The notes beneath the pieces were generated by a model. It worked only from the letters and a program-made list of their open reading frames with translations, had not been told where the DNA came from and did no database searches. A DNA stretch of 64,000 nt from NCBI GenBank assembly GCA_038245295.1, contig JBBRSP010000007.1:1-64000 (forward strand). The letters run 5' to 3'. The position numbers were made by a program, and so were the translations under genes. The stretch comes from Candidatus Binatia bacterium. Lineage in GTDB: Bacteria; Desulfobacterota; Binatia; HRBIN30. Position 1 is the stretch's first letter, and the number at the start of each line of letters is the position of its first letter. Shown here in pieces: positions 47,989 through 57,102 of this stretch.

Positions 47989-48399
47989 GGTGTCCCGCAA
48001 CTGTGGCGAACCGTTGCCTCACCGCCAGCCCCGATAATTCTTGAACCCTTCTCCCAAGACGTGGCTCTCACGCAGAGGGAGGATCATACGATATGGAGAA
48101 CGGGTTCAGGGCTTGGCGCGTGTTCATTGCCCTGGCGTGCGGCCCTGCCGTCGTTCATCGAGGTCGTGCCGGATGGAATCGTCGAGACGTTACGACTGCA
48201 ATCACTTGGTTTTCTGTCGGTCGAGCTGTGATGGAAACGTGGGCACAACCATGAGGAAGACGGCACTCGGACGATCCCTGATGCGACTCGCCATAAGCGA
48301 CTCGTTGGGAATTGCGCCATGACAGTGGTGTGCCAATGTGGCAGGGCAAACGCCGTCGTGTGCCGTAGACGTGAGACCCGAGGCAGGAAAGGGACGGCC

Positions 48400-49770
48400 A
48401 TGGATTCCTACGACCGGTACATCAACCGGGCAGCATACATAGCGATGGTCTTGTTGGCATGCGCAACACTCGCACCTTGCGCCAGAGCTCTCGAAGAAGA
48501 ACCCGGCCTGACGTTGGGTGACGCTCTACGAACGGCCTTGAGCCACAACCGCACACTCAACGCGGCGCGGCAGCAGAGCGTCATGGCACAGGCCGGACTG
48601 ACTCAGGCACGCGCCGGGATGTTGCCTCGATTCGACATTGACGAAACGTTTACGGAAACAAACAACCCGACCCTGGTCTTCTCGAACCTGCTCAATCAGC
48701 AGCGCTTCACGCAGAACGACTTTGCCCTCGACAAGCTGAATCACCCCTCCTCGCTGTCCAACTTCGACACCCGCATCCGCGTCGAACAACCGCTGTTCAC
48801 GGGCGGTAAGCTCCTCGCCGGGCTCGATGCGGCGCACGAGGGTATCGCGGCGGCCGGGGGCCAAGAGGCACGCGCCGAACAGGAAACCGTCTACCAGACG
48901 CGACGCGCCTACTACGGCGTCCTGCTCGCCGACGGCAACCTGACGGCTGTCGACCGGGCCCTGGCGGCGGCGCGGGAGCATGCGGAATCGGCACAGGCCC
49001 TCTTCGATCGCGGTGTCGCCGTGCGTTCGGATCTTTTACGCGCCGAAGTCCTGGTCGGCAGCCTCGAGCGGCAGCGCATCGATGCTACCAGCGCGACACG
49101 CACCGCCCGTAGTCAACTGAGCTACGCGATGGGGGCCGGTAGAGACATCCGCCTCCAGGATACCGACGCCTGGCCGGCGCTCGACGCACCGCCTTCCCTC
49201 GTGCAGTCGACCGACACCGCGCTGAGGCAACGCCCGGACCTGCAAGCCCTCGAGCACGAGTGGCAGCGTAACGAGGCCATGCTGCGCCAGGTGCAAGCCG
49301 AATACCTGCCATCTTTGGGAGTCATCGGTCAGTACGACATCAATTCGCAGGACTTGAATCGGGCCGGCGACAGCTATGCCGTCTTCGTCGGAGCGAGGTG
49401 GAACGTCTTCAATGGTTTGGCCACCAGCGGCAAGGCGCAGGAAGCGGCCGCACAAGCCGCCCGCAGCCGCTTGCTGAGAGATGACCTCGCCGACCGCGTG
49501 CGCGTCGAAGTCGAACAGGCATGGCATGGACTAACCGGCGCGACACAGCAGGTAGACGTCGCGCAGCACAACCAGGAGCAAGCGCAAGAACATCTGTCGA
49601 TCGTCCGCGACCGCTACTCTGGAGGCCTGGCAAGGACTGTCGACGTGATGGATGCCGTGGCGACGCGGGAACAGGCGGAGTTGGAACTGCTGCAGTCGCG
49701 CGTCGCCCGTCAGGTCCGCCACGCCGAGCTCGAGCTCGCCACCGGTCAGCCCGTGCCATCTGCGGAGTGA
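48400..49770 (+). CDS. TolC-family outer membrane efflux protein
   Basis: LTLGDALRTALSHN, QPLFTGG, AL.QRPDL, RY..G.....DV.DA. Confidence 0.85.
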   Translation: MDSYDRYINRAAYIAMVLLACATLAPCARALEEEPGLTLGDALRTALSHNRTLNAARQQSVMAQAGLTQARAGMLPRFDIDETFTETNNPTLVFSNLLNQQRFTQNDFALDKLNHPSSLSNFDTRIRVEQPLFTGGKLLAGLDAAHEGIAAAGGQEARAEQETVYQTRRAYYGVLLADGNLTAVDRALAAAREHAESAQALFDRGVAVRSDLLRAEVLVGSLERQRIDATSATRTARSQLSYAMGAGRDIRLQDTDAWPALDAPPSLVQSTDTALRQRPDLQALEHEWQRNEAMLRQVQAEYLPSLGVIGQYDINSQDLNRAGDSYAVFVGARWNVFNGLATSGKAQEAAAQAARSRLLRDDLADRVRVEVEQAWHGLTGATQQVDVAQHNQEQAQEHLSIVRDRYSGGLARTVDVMDAVATREQAELELLQSRVARQVRHAELELATGQPVPSAE

Positions 49771-49878
49771 GACGCCCGATGGCGAAGATGCCGGGACAAC
49801 TCGTCTCACTCGACCTCACGGATCGTATGACACCACACAACGGCCCCATCCCACGTTACGTTTGAGAGCGCGACGCGT

Positions 49879-50280
49879 TCAGTGGTTCCCGTGCTCCTGC
49901 CCGTGCCCGTGTTCCTGGTGATGCTGGGTATGCTTCCCCTCGTGGCGCCCGCCCTGCTCGCGATAGTGGGGAACGTAGACGTTGTTGTACCAGGTGTCCT
50001 GAACGAAATAGACCGGTCGACCACAGGCACCGTAGCGACCACAGTATTGACGCCAGTGGCTTGCATGGCGCGGCGGCACGCGCAGATAGAGCGGTTCCTG
50101 GACCACCCCTGGCTGAATGATGACCGGTTGCGGGTAGATCACTTCCGGCGGCGGTAAGCCGCCGATGTCGATGTGACCGTAGAAACCCGGCTGGCCGATG
50201 CTGACGGATACGCCGGCATCAGCGGCAAGGGGTAGAGCTATCAGCGCCGCGCACGCGGCAGCCAAGTAGAAGCGGTTCAT
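49879..50280 (-). CDS. Secreted Pro-rich hypothetical protein with His-rich tail
   Basis: GVSVSIGQPGFYGHIDIG..PPP.VIYPQPV; W..YCGRY.ACG.PVYFV. Confidence 0.75.
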   Translation of the reverse strand: MNRFYLAAACAALIALPLAADAGVSVSIGQPGFYGHIDIGGLPPPEVIYPQPVIIQPGVVQEPLYLRVPPRHASHWRQYCGRYGACGRPVYFVQDTWYNNVYVPHYREQGGRHEGKHTQHHQEHGHGQEHGNH

Positions 50281-50389
50281 CAGAGTACTCCTTCTCCTCA
50301 CAATTGTCTGCCTAGTCGCGAGAAGGTCAATCAGGGAACTTGGCGGAGAGCATCGAACGCGCGGCGCGGCGCCGAGTTGGCCCGCCCAA

Positions 50390-50905
50390 TTACATCTTCA
50401 TTTTCATCTTGTGCATGCCGTGCCCCTTCGACATGTCGTCGAGGTGGGTGAGAAGATTGGCCGTCAGCGTCGAGACTCGCTTCGCATCGGGAGTCGATAG
50501 GGCAACTTCCTTCTCGAGCTCCGTCAGCTGCTGATTCACCTGATCGTGATGCATCTCCATCTTCTCCATCTGGTCCTTCATTTTGGTTTGCATCTCCGGG
50601 CTCATCGCCTTGGCGCATTCCTCGTGGTGTTGCTTCATCTGATCGAAGCTACGGCGCATCTCGGCGACAGCGGCGCGCGCAAATTCAACGTTGACCGACT
50701 TCGCGTGCGACGTTTGCTCATGGAGTGTCTTCGCAAACGTCGTAAGGTTGTGGTGGTACGCCATGGCCAACGCATGGTGCGGCTCGTTGACCATCTCCTT
50801 CGACATGTCGGAATGGCCCTTGTGTCCCTCATGAGCCACGGCAACACCGCCGAAGCCCGCGAGGGCGAGAGCAACCAGGATTGTGGCGATCGTTTTTGTC
50901 TTCAT
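50390..50905 (-). CDS. Periplasmic His/Met-rich helical protein (possible metal binder)
   Basis: Signal peptide followed by HEGHKGH; many Met/His; RBS AGGAG. Confidence 0.7.
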   Translation of the reverse strand: MKTKTIATILVALALAGFGGVAVAHEGHKGHSDMSKEMVNEPHHALAMAYHHNLTTFAKTLHEQTSHAKSVNVEFARAAVAEMRRSFDQMKQHHEECAKAMSPEMQTKMKDQMEKMEMHHDQVNQQLTELEKEVALSTPDAKRVSTLTANLLTHLDDMSKGHGMHKMKMKM

Positions 50906-51151
50906 CGTAGATCTCCTTTGTTGGAATCAGTGGCTCGGCGGGTCTCGCCGTGTACCGCAGGGAGAAGCTTTCCCCAGGGCCACTGCAGTCATTTGTATAC
51001 GTGAGGTGCGAGTGGCCCGATAACTCGGAGTAGTACGCGCGTGATCCTACGCGGATCACGTGATTCCCAGCGTCGGCAAGTCGAGGAGTGCGTCTTCGCA
51101 GAGCCAGGAAGCGAGCCACCCGTCGCGCCTGTGCCGGTGTCGAGCACATCG

Positions 51152-51167
51152 GGGCACCCGTCTTGCT
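51152..51167 (+). promoter_or_regulatory. Candidate sigma54 promoter
   Basis: GGGCACCCGTCTTGCT, GG-N10-GC, about 80 nt upstream of WS/DGAT. Confidence 0.45.
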
Positions 51168-51245
51168 CGTTTCATGCAGTAAGAGAGTGATCTCGCCCAG
51201 GCGACCTATGGTGGGCTCGCTCCGCCGCTGAAAAGGGGTGTGGCC

Positions 51246-52694
51246 ATGTCACGTTACGCTTATGAGCGCCTGACGGCGCTCGACAACAGCTTCCTCATCT
51301 TCGAGAGCGCCAATACCCCGATGCATGTCGCCACCGCAGCCACCTTTGAAGCGACGCCATTGCGCCACGCCGACGGCGGCGTCGACATGCAACGCATCCT
51401 GCACTACGTCGAATCGCGACTACACCTCATGCCGCGTTATCGCGAGCGACTCGCGTATATCCCGTTCGAAGATCATCCCGTGTGGGTCGACGACGAACGC
51501 TTCAACATCCTTTACCACGTGCGTCACACGGCCTTGCCGCGACCCGGGTCCGAGCGTCAGCTGAAACGGCTGTGTGCGCGCATCCTGTCGCAGCAACTCG
51601 ATCGCGGCAAACCGCTGTGGGAGATGTGGGTCATCGAAGGGGTGGAGGGCAATCGGCTCGCCATCATCACCAAGATGCACCACTGCATGATCGACGGCAT
51701 CGCCGGAGTCGACCTGCTCGCTTCACTGATGACGAACGAACCTAGCAAGCGTAATGCGTCGATCCCCGAGCCGAAGCGCTGGATCCCACGACCAACGCCA
51801 ACCCCGAGAGAGTTGTTGCGGGACGAGATCCTGACGCGTCTGCAGGCCCCCCTCAGCCTGCTCGGCCAGTTGTTGCAACAACCCAGCGAAGTCCTCGCCA
51901 ACGTCCGCGCCGGTGCCGCCGCCGTCGCCGAAGTGTTGCAAGGCGCGACACATCTCGCCTCGGATACCCCCTTGAATCGGCCGATCGGTCCGCATCGGCG
52001 ATTCGACTGGCTGACCATGGAGATGGACGCCTTACAGGAGATCCGCGAGCACCTCGGCGGCACACTCAACGAGGTCGTGTTGACGATCGTCAGCGGCGCC
52101 GTCCGACGCTTCCTCACGCAACGCAACATCGACGTCGACCAGATCGACTTCCGCGTCTTCGTACCGGTCAACGTCCGCCAGCCCGAAGCACACGCCAAGC
52201 CAGGCAATCAGGTGGCGGCCTGGATCATCGATTTACCCGTTCGTGAACCCGACGTCTTGCAACGACACGAACAACTACGGCGTCACACAGACCACGCCAA
52301 ACATTCGCAGCAGACCAAGGGTACCCAGATCCTCGTGGAGGCGACCGAGTGGACCGGCACAACCGTCCTTGGCCTGGCGACCCAATTGATGGAGCGCACC
52401 CTCCCCTTCAACATGGTCGTCACCAATGTGCCCGGCCCACCAAAGGCGCTGTATCTTCTCGGTGCCCGCATGTTGGCGCTGCATCCGATGGTGCCGTTAT
52501 TCGTCAACCAGGGACTCGGGGTGGCGCTGTTCAGCAACGCCGGGCGCTTGTTCTGGGGGTTCAACGCCGACTGGGACGTGGTCCCCGATCTCCACCAGTT
52601 TGTCGAGGCGATCTCCGCCTCGTTCGAAGAGTTACACGCGCTGGCGGCGCCGCGTCGCACCGCCACGCCACGACGTCGGCGAAGAGCGGCGTAG
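51246..52694 (+). CDS. Wax ester synthase/diacylglycerol acyltransferase
   Basis: LD.SFL..E....PMHV, LDRGKPLWE, HHCMIDG, TNVPGP. Confidence 0.92.
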   Translation: MSRYAYERLTALDNSFLIFESANTPMHVATAATFEATPLRHADGGVDMQRILHYVESRLHLMPRYRERLAYIPFEDHPVWVDDERFNILYHVRHTALPRPGSERQLKRLCARILSQQLDRGKPLWEMWVIEGVEGNRLAIITKMHHCMIDGIAGVDLLASLMTNEPSKRNASIPEPKRWIPRPTPTPRELLRDEILTRLQAPLSLLGQLLQQPSEVLANVRAGAAAVAEVLQGATHLASDTPLNRPIGPHRRFDWLTMEMDALQEIREHLGGTLNEVVLTIVSGAVRRFLTQRNIDVDQIDFRVFVPVNVRQPEAHAKPGNQVAAWIIDLPVREPDVLQRHEQLRRHTDHAKHSQQTKGTQILVEATEWTGTTVLGLATQLMERTLPFNMVVTNVPGPPKALYLLGARMLALHPMVPLFVNQGLGVALFSNAGRLFWGFNADWDVVPDLHQFVEAISASFEELHALAAPRRTATPRRRRRAA

Positions 52695-52702
52695 GGAGCA
52701 GC

Positions 52703-53920
52703 ATGGCTGATCAATCCGACCCCGCACTAGGGCGCAGCTTCACCGACTTCGTCGCTTCGCGCTGGCGCAGCTGGAGCGATGTGACGTCACACCCGTCGAT
52801 CCCCACCGCGCCGCGGACGCTGGCGTTGGCCGGCAAGGTGGCTCTCGACGAGATGCTCCTCACAGCCATGATTGCCTCGGTACGACTGCCGGCGCCGCAC
52901 GAGCGTCGTCGCATCGCGCGCGAGACCGGCGATGCCCTGGCATTGTTCGACGACCGCGGCTGGCTGATCGAACCGCGGCGCTACCACGAGACACCGCCAC
53001 CGCCGGAGCGCGTTTCCCTGCGGCGCTCGCGCTCGCGCGGCATCGAGTTTCGCCACCTGGCGTTCGATAGTGACTACGAGCCGCGCCCCGAAGAACCGGG
53101 ACGAGCACGCTGGCTGGGTCGGCGAGCGAACCGCCGGGCTCATGCTTGGGTCGTGCAGCACGCCGGCCCGCCGCGCCCGTGGCTGATGTGTATCCACGGC
53201 TACGGCATGGGCATCCCGTTCGTCGATCTCGGCGGTTTCCAGGCCGCTCGCCTGGCACGCGGGCTCGGACTCAACCTCATTTTCCCGGTGCTGCCGTTGC
53301 ATGGTCCACGCCGCGAAGGCGCCCGTAGTGGGCAAGGTTTTGTCAGTGGCGACCACCTCGACACAGTACACGCCGAGGCCCAGGCAATGTGGGACATTCG
53401 CCGCATCCTGGCGTGGGTACGCGGTCTCGACGGCGAAAGTGTCGGCGTCTACGGGCTGTCGTTGGGTGGCTACAACGCCGCCCTGTTGGCGGGCCTAGAA
53501 CCTGACCTGGCTTGTGTCATCGCCGGCGTCCCGGCCACCTGCTTCGTCAGCTTCGTGCGCGAACACTCGGCACGGATGGTCTTACGCGATCAGACCGCCG
53601 CCGATCTGATGTCTGACGATGCCGAGCGAATACTGCGCGTTGTCTCGCCGCTCAGCCTGCCACCGCTCGTACCGTGGGATCGTCGCTTCCTGTTCGCTGG
53701 GCTCGCCGATCGCTTCATTCCAGCCGAACACGTGCGCCGCCTATGGGAGCACTGGTCGCGCTCGCACGTCACCTGGTACCACGGCACCCACATGACGTTC
53801 CCCTTCGAGCGCCAGGTACAGCAGCTCATCGAGGATGCGCTCCACACCACTGGCCTGATCCACCGCCGACCGACACCGAACGCGCCAGTGATCGATCGTG
53901 CCAGCGACTCAGTGTCATGA
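52703..53920 (+). CDS. Alpha/beta hydrolase co-transcribed with WS/DGAT
   Basis: IHGYGMG, LPLHGPR, GLSLGG, DR, WY.GTH. Confidence 0.8.
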   Translation: MADQSDPALGRSFTDFVASRWRSWSDVTSHPSIPTAPRTLALAGKVALDEMLLTAMIASVRLPAPHERRRIARETGDALALFDDRGWLIEPRRYHETPPPPERVSLRRSRSRGIEFRHLAFDSDYEPRPEEPGRARWLGRRANRRAHAWVVQHAGPPRPWLMCIHGYGMGIPFVDLGGFQAARLARGLGLNLIFPVLPLHGPRREGARSGQGFVSGDHLDTVHAEAQAMWDIRRILAWVRGLDGESVGVYGLSLGGYNAALLAGLEPDLACVIAGVPATCFVSFVREHSARMVLRDQTAADLMSDDAERILRVVSPLSLPPLVPWDRRFLFAGLADRFIPAEHVRRLWEHWSRSHVTWYHGTHMTFPFERQVQQLIEDALHTTGLIHRRPTPNAPVIDRASDSVS

Positions 53921-54515
53921 CCGACACGATGGCACCGATGAGGCAGGTAAACATGTCCCACTGCGTATCCCACGGGTCACCCTGCGTCCCGAGGAAGTCG
54001 GTCGCCTTGGCGCCGCCGAGCAGGGCCGACCACCATTCGATGAACTCGTAGAAGGCACTGAAGGCGAGACAGACACTCACCACGAGAAACGGCAACCAGC
54101 GGCTGCGGCCAATCGTGCTGGTGCGCAGCAATAGCTCGCGAACCAAGACAGCCGGCACGAATCCCTGCGCAAAGTGGCCGAGGCGGTCGAAGTCGTTCCG
54201 CGCCAACCCGAAGGTGTTCTTGACCCAGTCACCGACGGGGACCTTGGCGTAGGTCCAGTGCCCGCCGACGGCAAGAATCACAGAATGTAGCGCCAGCAGG
54301 CTCAGGCAGAGGTGCGACAGTGGGAAACGGCGGTGCGTGGCAAACCACAGTGTCAAACCGATCCAGACCGGGAAATTCTCGAGAGCCCAGGTTAGGCGAT
54401 CGGCGACCGGGTGAAGCCCGAGGCCCACTTGCACAATGATCACCAAACCGATGACCACGTTGGGCAGGTTTACCCTAGTAGCAGGGGACGGTTCCGGTGC
54501 GCGTTCAGCCGGCAT
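53826..54515 (-). CDS. DUF2238/YjdF family inner membrane protein
   Basis: TWALEN, GGHWTYA.VP, RN.FDRLGHF.QG, YE.IEW, FLGTQGD.WDTQWDM. Confidence 0.85.
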   Translation of the reverse strand: MPAERAPEPSPATRVNLPNVVIGLVIIVQVGLGLHPVADRLTWALENFPVWIGLTLWFATHRRFPLSHLCLSLLALHSVILAVGGHWTYAKVPVGDWVKNTFGLARNDFDRLGHFAQGFVPAVLVRELLLRTSTIGRSRWLPFLVVSVCLAFSAFYEFIEWWSALLGGAKATDFLGTQGDPWDTQWDMFTCLIGAIVSVMTLSRWHDRSLARSVSVGGGSGQWCGAHPR

Positions 54516-54643
54516 GCGGCCCCGGCATCAGGCGTGCGGGCAAGCTCGAGTCATGCACCGCTCTCGAATAGCACGAAGAGGGAGGACCGTCCGCTGCCTG
54601 AAGGCTCAAACAGCGGACGGCGGGGAGAGTCGTCGCGTGTCGA

Positions 54644-55681
54644 CTAGTGCTTTCCCTTGAACTTCGTCGTGGTGTTGGTGACGAGCTGCGCCCCCGTGTA
54701 GACATCGCCCCAGCATAGGGCGTTGTCGCTGTTGACGAGTTGTACGGTCACACTTGTCGCCCCGGAAAACGGCAGGCTGGCACCAAAGCCGAGCGCGAAA
54801 CCTTTGCCGACAGCGTGGATCTGACCTTTACCGGCGACCTTGCCGGCAGCCAGCGTAACCACCTGCAGTGTCGTCGACGTCTTGTTCTTGTAGTTGAACC
54901 CGTGCGGCTTCAGCACCCAACCACTGCCCGCGGCCACGTCGAGCTGATCCATCAGCGTATTGTCGGCGTAAAGGCACATGGCGTAACGTGCCGTCGTCGT
55001 CGGATTACCAAAGTCGGCAGGATTGGTCGTCGGTCCCTTCTTCCATGTGAAGGCCAAGCTTTGCTTGCCAGCCACATCTCCCATGGTGAGCAAGCTCGCT
55101 CCGGGCGCAATGCAGGTCGCCGGAGTTGAGGGACACAGCGACAGGCTGTTGTTGTTGATTGTCAGACTGACGGCGCTGGCAGCGTCGCCGAGCCCGGTAT
55201 GTGATAGGTCAACCGCATTGCCCCACGCCGCGAGCGTTACGCTGGTAAACGATGCGGGGGCGGTCCAATCGAACGAAAAGGAAGTGACGCCGCTCACCGC
55301 CGGCTTCGGGGCGCTATGCGTCAGCTCGAGCAAGCTTGTCACCGGGTTTGTCATTGTCTGGGTGTCGGCTGAATCCGGACCACCGACGGAGAACAAACCG
55401 GCAGGGGCGGATACGTTCAAGCCAGCGTACGGCTGGGTATTCGGGTTTGTGACACTCAGGGTGTACGTGTTTGTTGAATTCGGGGCCACCGAGGTGGGGC
55501 CGCTCAGCTGAACAGCGGGGCTTGTGCCGCCGCCGTGACAAGCCAGGTTGTTACAGCCGGTCGCCGCCGAGGGGAAAAACGCGCTGACCATACCCGCGGA
55601 GAAGGCATACGCACTCGGTGCGATCGCAAGCGTGAGCAGAGCGGCCAGCGCCGCGGTTTGAAGAGATCGTTCGACTTTCAT
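54644..55681 (-). CDS. Secreted Reeler/choice-of-anchor-V-like protein with CX4CH and C-terminal beta domain
   Basis: AFSAG..GCNNLACH, ELTH..PK, F.WTAP, GNAVD...GD. Confidence 0.65.
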   Translation of the reverse strand: MKVERSLQTAALAALLTLAIAPSAYAFSAGMVSAFFPSAATGCNNLACHGGGTSPAVQLSGPTSVAPNSTNTYTLSVTNPNTQPYAGLNVSAPAGLFSVGGPDSADTQTMTNPVTSLLELTHSAPKPAVSGVTSFSFDWTAPASFTSVTLAAWGNAVDLSHTGLGDAASAVSLTINNNSLSLCPSTPATCIAPGASLLTMGDVAGKQSLAFTWKKGPTTNPADFGNPTTTARYAMCLYADNTLMDQLDVAAGSGWVLKPHGFNYKNKTSTTLQVVTLAAGKVAGKGQIHAVGKGFALGFGASLPFSGATSVTVQLVNSDNALCWGDVYTGAQLVTNTTTKFKGKH

Positions 55682-55745
55682 TCAATTCTCCTTGGTTCGT
55701 CTAGTAGTGCGTCCTGCGGTCCACCGGACAAAGCGCCGTGCTGCC

Positions 55746-56111
55746 TCACAACGCTTTGGCATCGCTGACAACGATGCTGGCGACACCTTGTTTGTCGAAT
55801 TTCTTGCCGGTGATCTCGGCGCGCTCGCCGGCGAGTTTCTTGGCCGCGTCATATGGATCGGAATTGTTGTGGTCGTCGAGGAGGAGGTACACCTGGCCGG
55901 CATCGGTGAGCACGCCGATGGGCACGCCCTTCTTGGCGCACATGACGGCGCAGGGCTTGTGCGCCGCGCCTTTGAGACCCTTGGACATGTAACAAGCCAT
56001 GTCGAGGATCTCGCCTTGCACGGTCAGATCTTCCTCGGCACGTGCGGCACCGGCGCAAAGCAGGCCGGCCAGGATTATGGATAAACTTCCAGCTACCAAT
56101 TTTCGCTTCAT
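55746..56111 (-). CDS. Conserved periplasmic Cys/His hypothetical protein
   Basis: Signal peptide; GEILDMACY...H..CA.MCAKKG.PIG. Confidence 0.75.
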   Translation of the reverse strand: MKRKLVAGSLSIILAGLLCAGAARAEEDLTVQGEILDMACYMSKGLKGAAHKPCAVMCAKKGVPIGVLTDAGQVYLLLDDHNNSDPYDAAKKLAGERAEITGKKFDKQGVASIVVSDAKAL

Positions 56112-56144
56112 ACGATTTCTCCTTGTTGGCGTGCGGCTGGTTTT

Positions 56145-56825
56145 TTAGTCGCCGCCACCACCGCCCTCGCCCCTGCTGCCAGCACCAGCACCACCACCAC
56201 CACCGCCCTCGCCTCTGCCGCCACCACCACGACGACGACTCGCCCTAAGATAACGCGCGATGTCGATGGTGTTGCCGCGCGTCAGCAGCGCGGACAGGAA
56301 CTGCATTTGCGGGACTTCCCCGAGCGCCTCTCGGATGCTGCCGAGAGAGGAGCCGTAGACGGTCTCGCCGACGAAGCTGGTCGAGGTCGCCTCGTGGCAA
56401 GACGCACAGTAGGCTTGGTAGGCGATCGCCCCTCGCGCCACGCTGTTTCGCGGCGTCGTGGTTGGTGTCGGTGTGAACGTCGGTGTGCCGGTCGTGCCGA
56501 ACGGAACCGCCGGCGTCGGCGTAGGTGTTCCAGCAACGACTCCGAGAGCGGCAAGATAAGCGGCCGTGCCGTTGACGTCGTTGACGACGGCACCGTGACC
56601 AACCATGCGGTTGATCGTATTCACCCACGTGTTTTGATCGCGTCCGCTCACGTACGATGTGAAGCCCTGCGAACCGGGGCCGTTCGTGACGGTTACACCG
56701 TTCACACTAAGGCCATGGCAAGAGCCACACGCGGTCGACACCGCGGCCGGCGTTACCGCGTGTGCGGCGTTGATCAGCACGATGGCCAGTACGTTTGTCG
56801 CAAGCACCTTGCGCCAGATTGTCAT
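56145..56825 (-). CDS. Diheme cytochrome c with PT linker and Gly-rich tail
   Basis: CGSCH...W..TINRM; YCASCH...PQM; AGGAG RBS before MTIWRK. Confidence 0.8.
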   Translation of the reverse strand: MTIWRKVLATNVLAIVLINAAHAVTPAAVSTACGSCHGLSVNGVTVTNGPGSQGFTSYVSGRDQNTWVNTINRMVGHGAVVNDVNGTAAYLAALGVVAGTPTPTPAVPFGTTGTPTFTPTPTTTPRNSVARGAIAYQAYCASCHEATSTSFVGETVYGSSLGSIREALGEVPQMQFLSALLTRGNTIDIARYLRASRRRGGGGRGEGGGGGGAGAGSRGEGGGGGD

Positions 56826-57102
56826 TCGGGAACTCCTTCTTTGTTGCATCCGTGCGGCCTCGTTGAAGTTGAGGGAAACATTGGGCTCAGCGAGACCACC
56901 CACGGGTGCAACGCCCATGCCACTCACGCGTCGCGAAGCTTCCGCCCTTCGCCCCGGGTGATTCACTCGTTTTACTGCAACTTGACGAACCGGCGGCGTG
57001 CCAATCGCGCAAGAGCTTGCAGTCCCGACGCCACAACGCGCCCACGATATTGCGAGGCCACGCGCACACACGGCTGGCGCGGCAACTGCAAGGAAGCTCT
57101 GA

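Noticed and set aside
48000..48399. Riboswitch in the TolC leader
   Set aside because: Some hairpin potential but no recognisable aptamer consensus.
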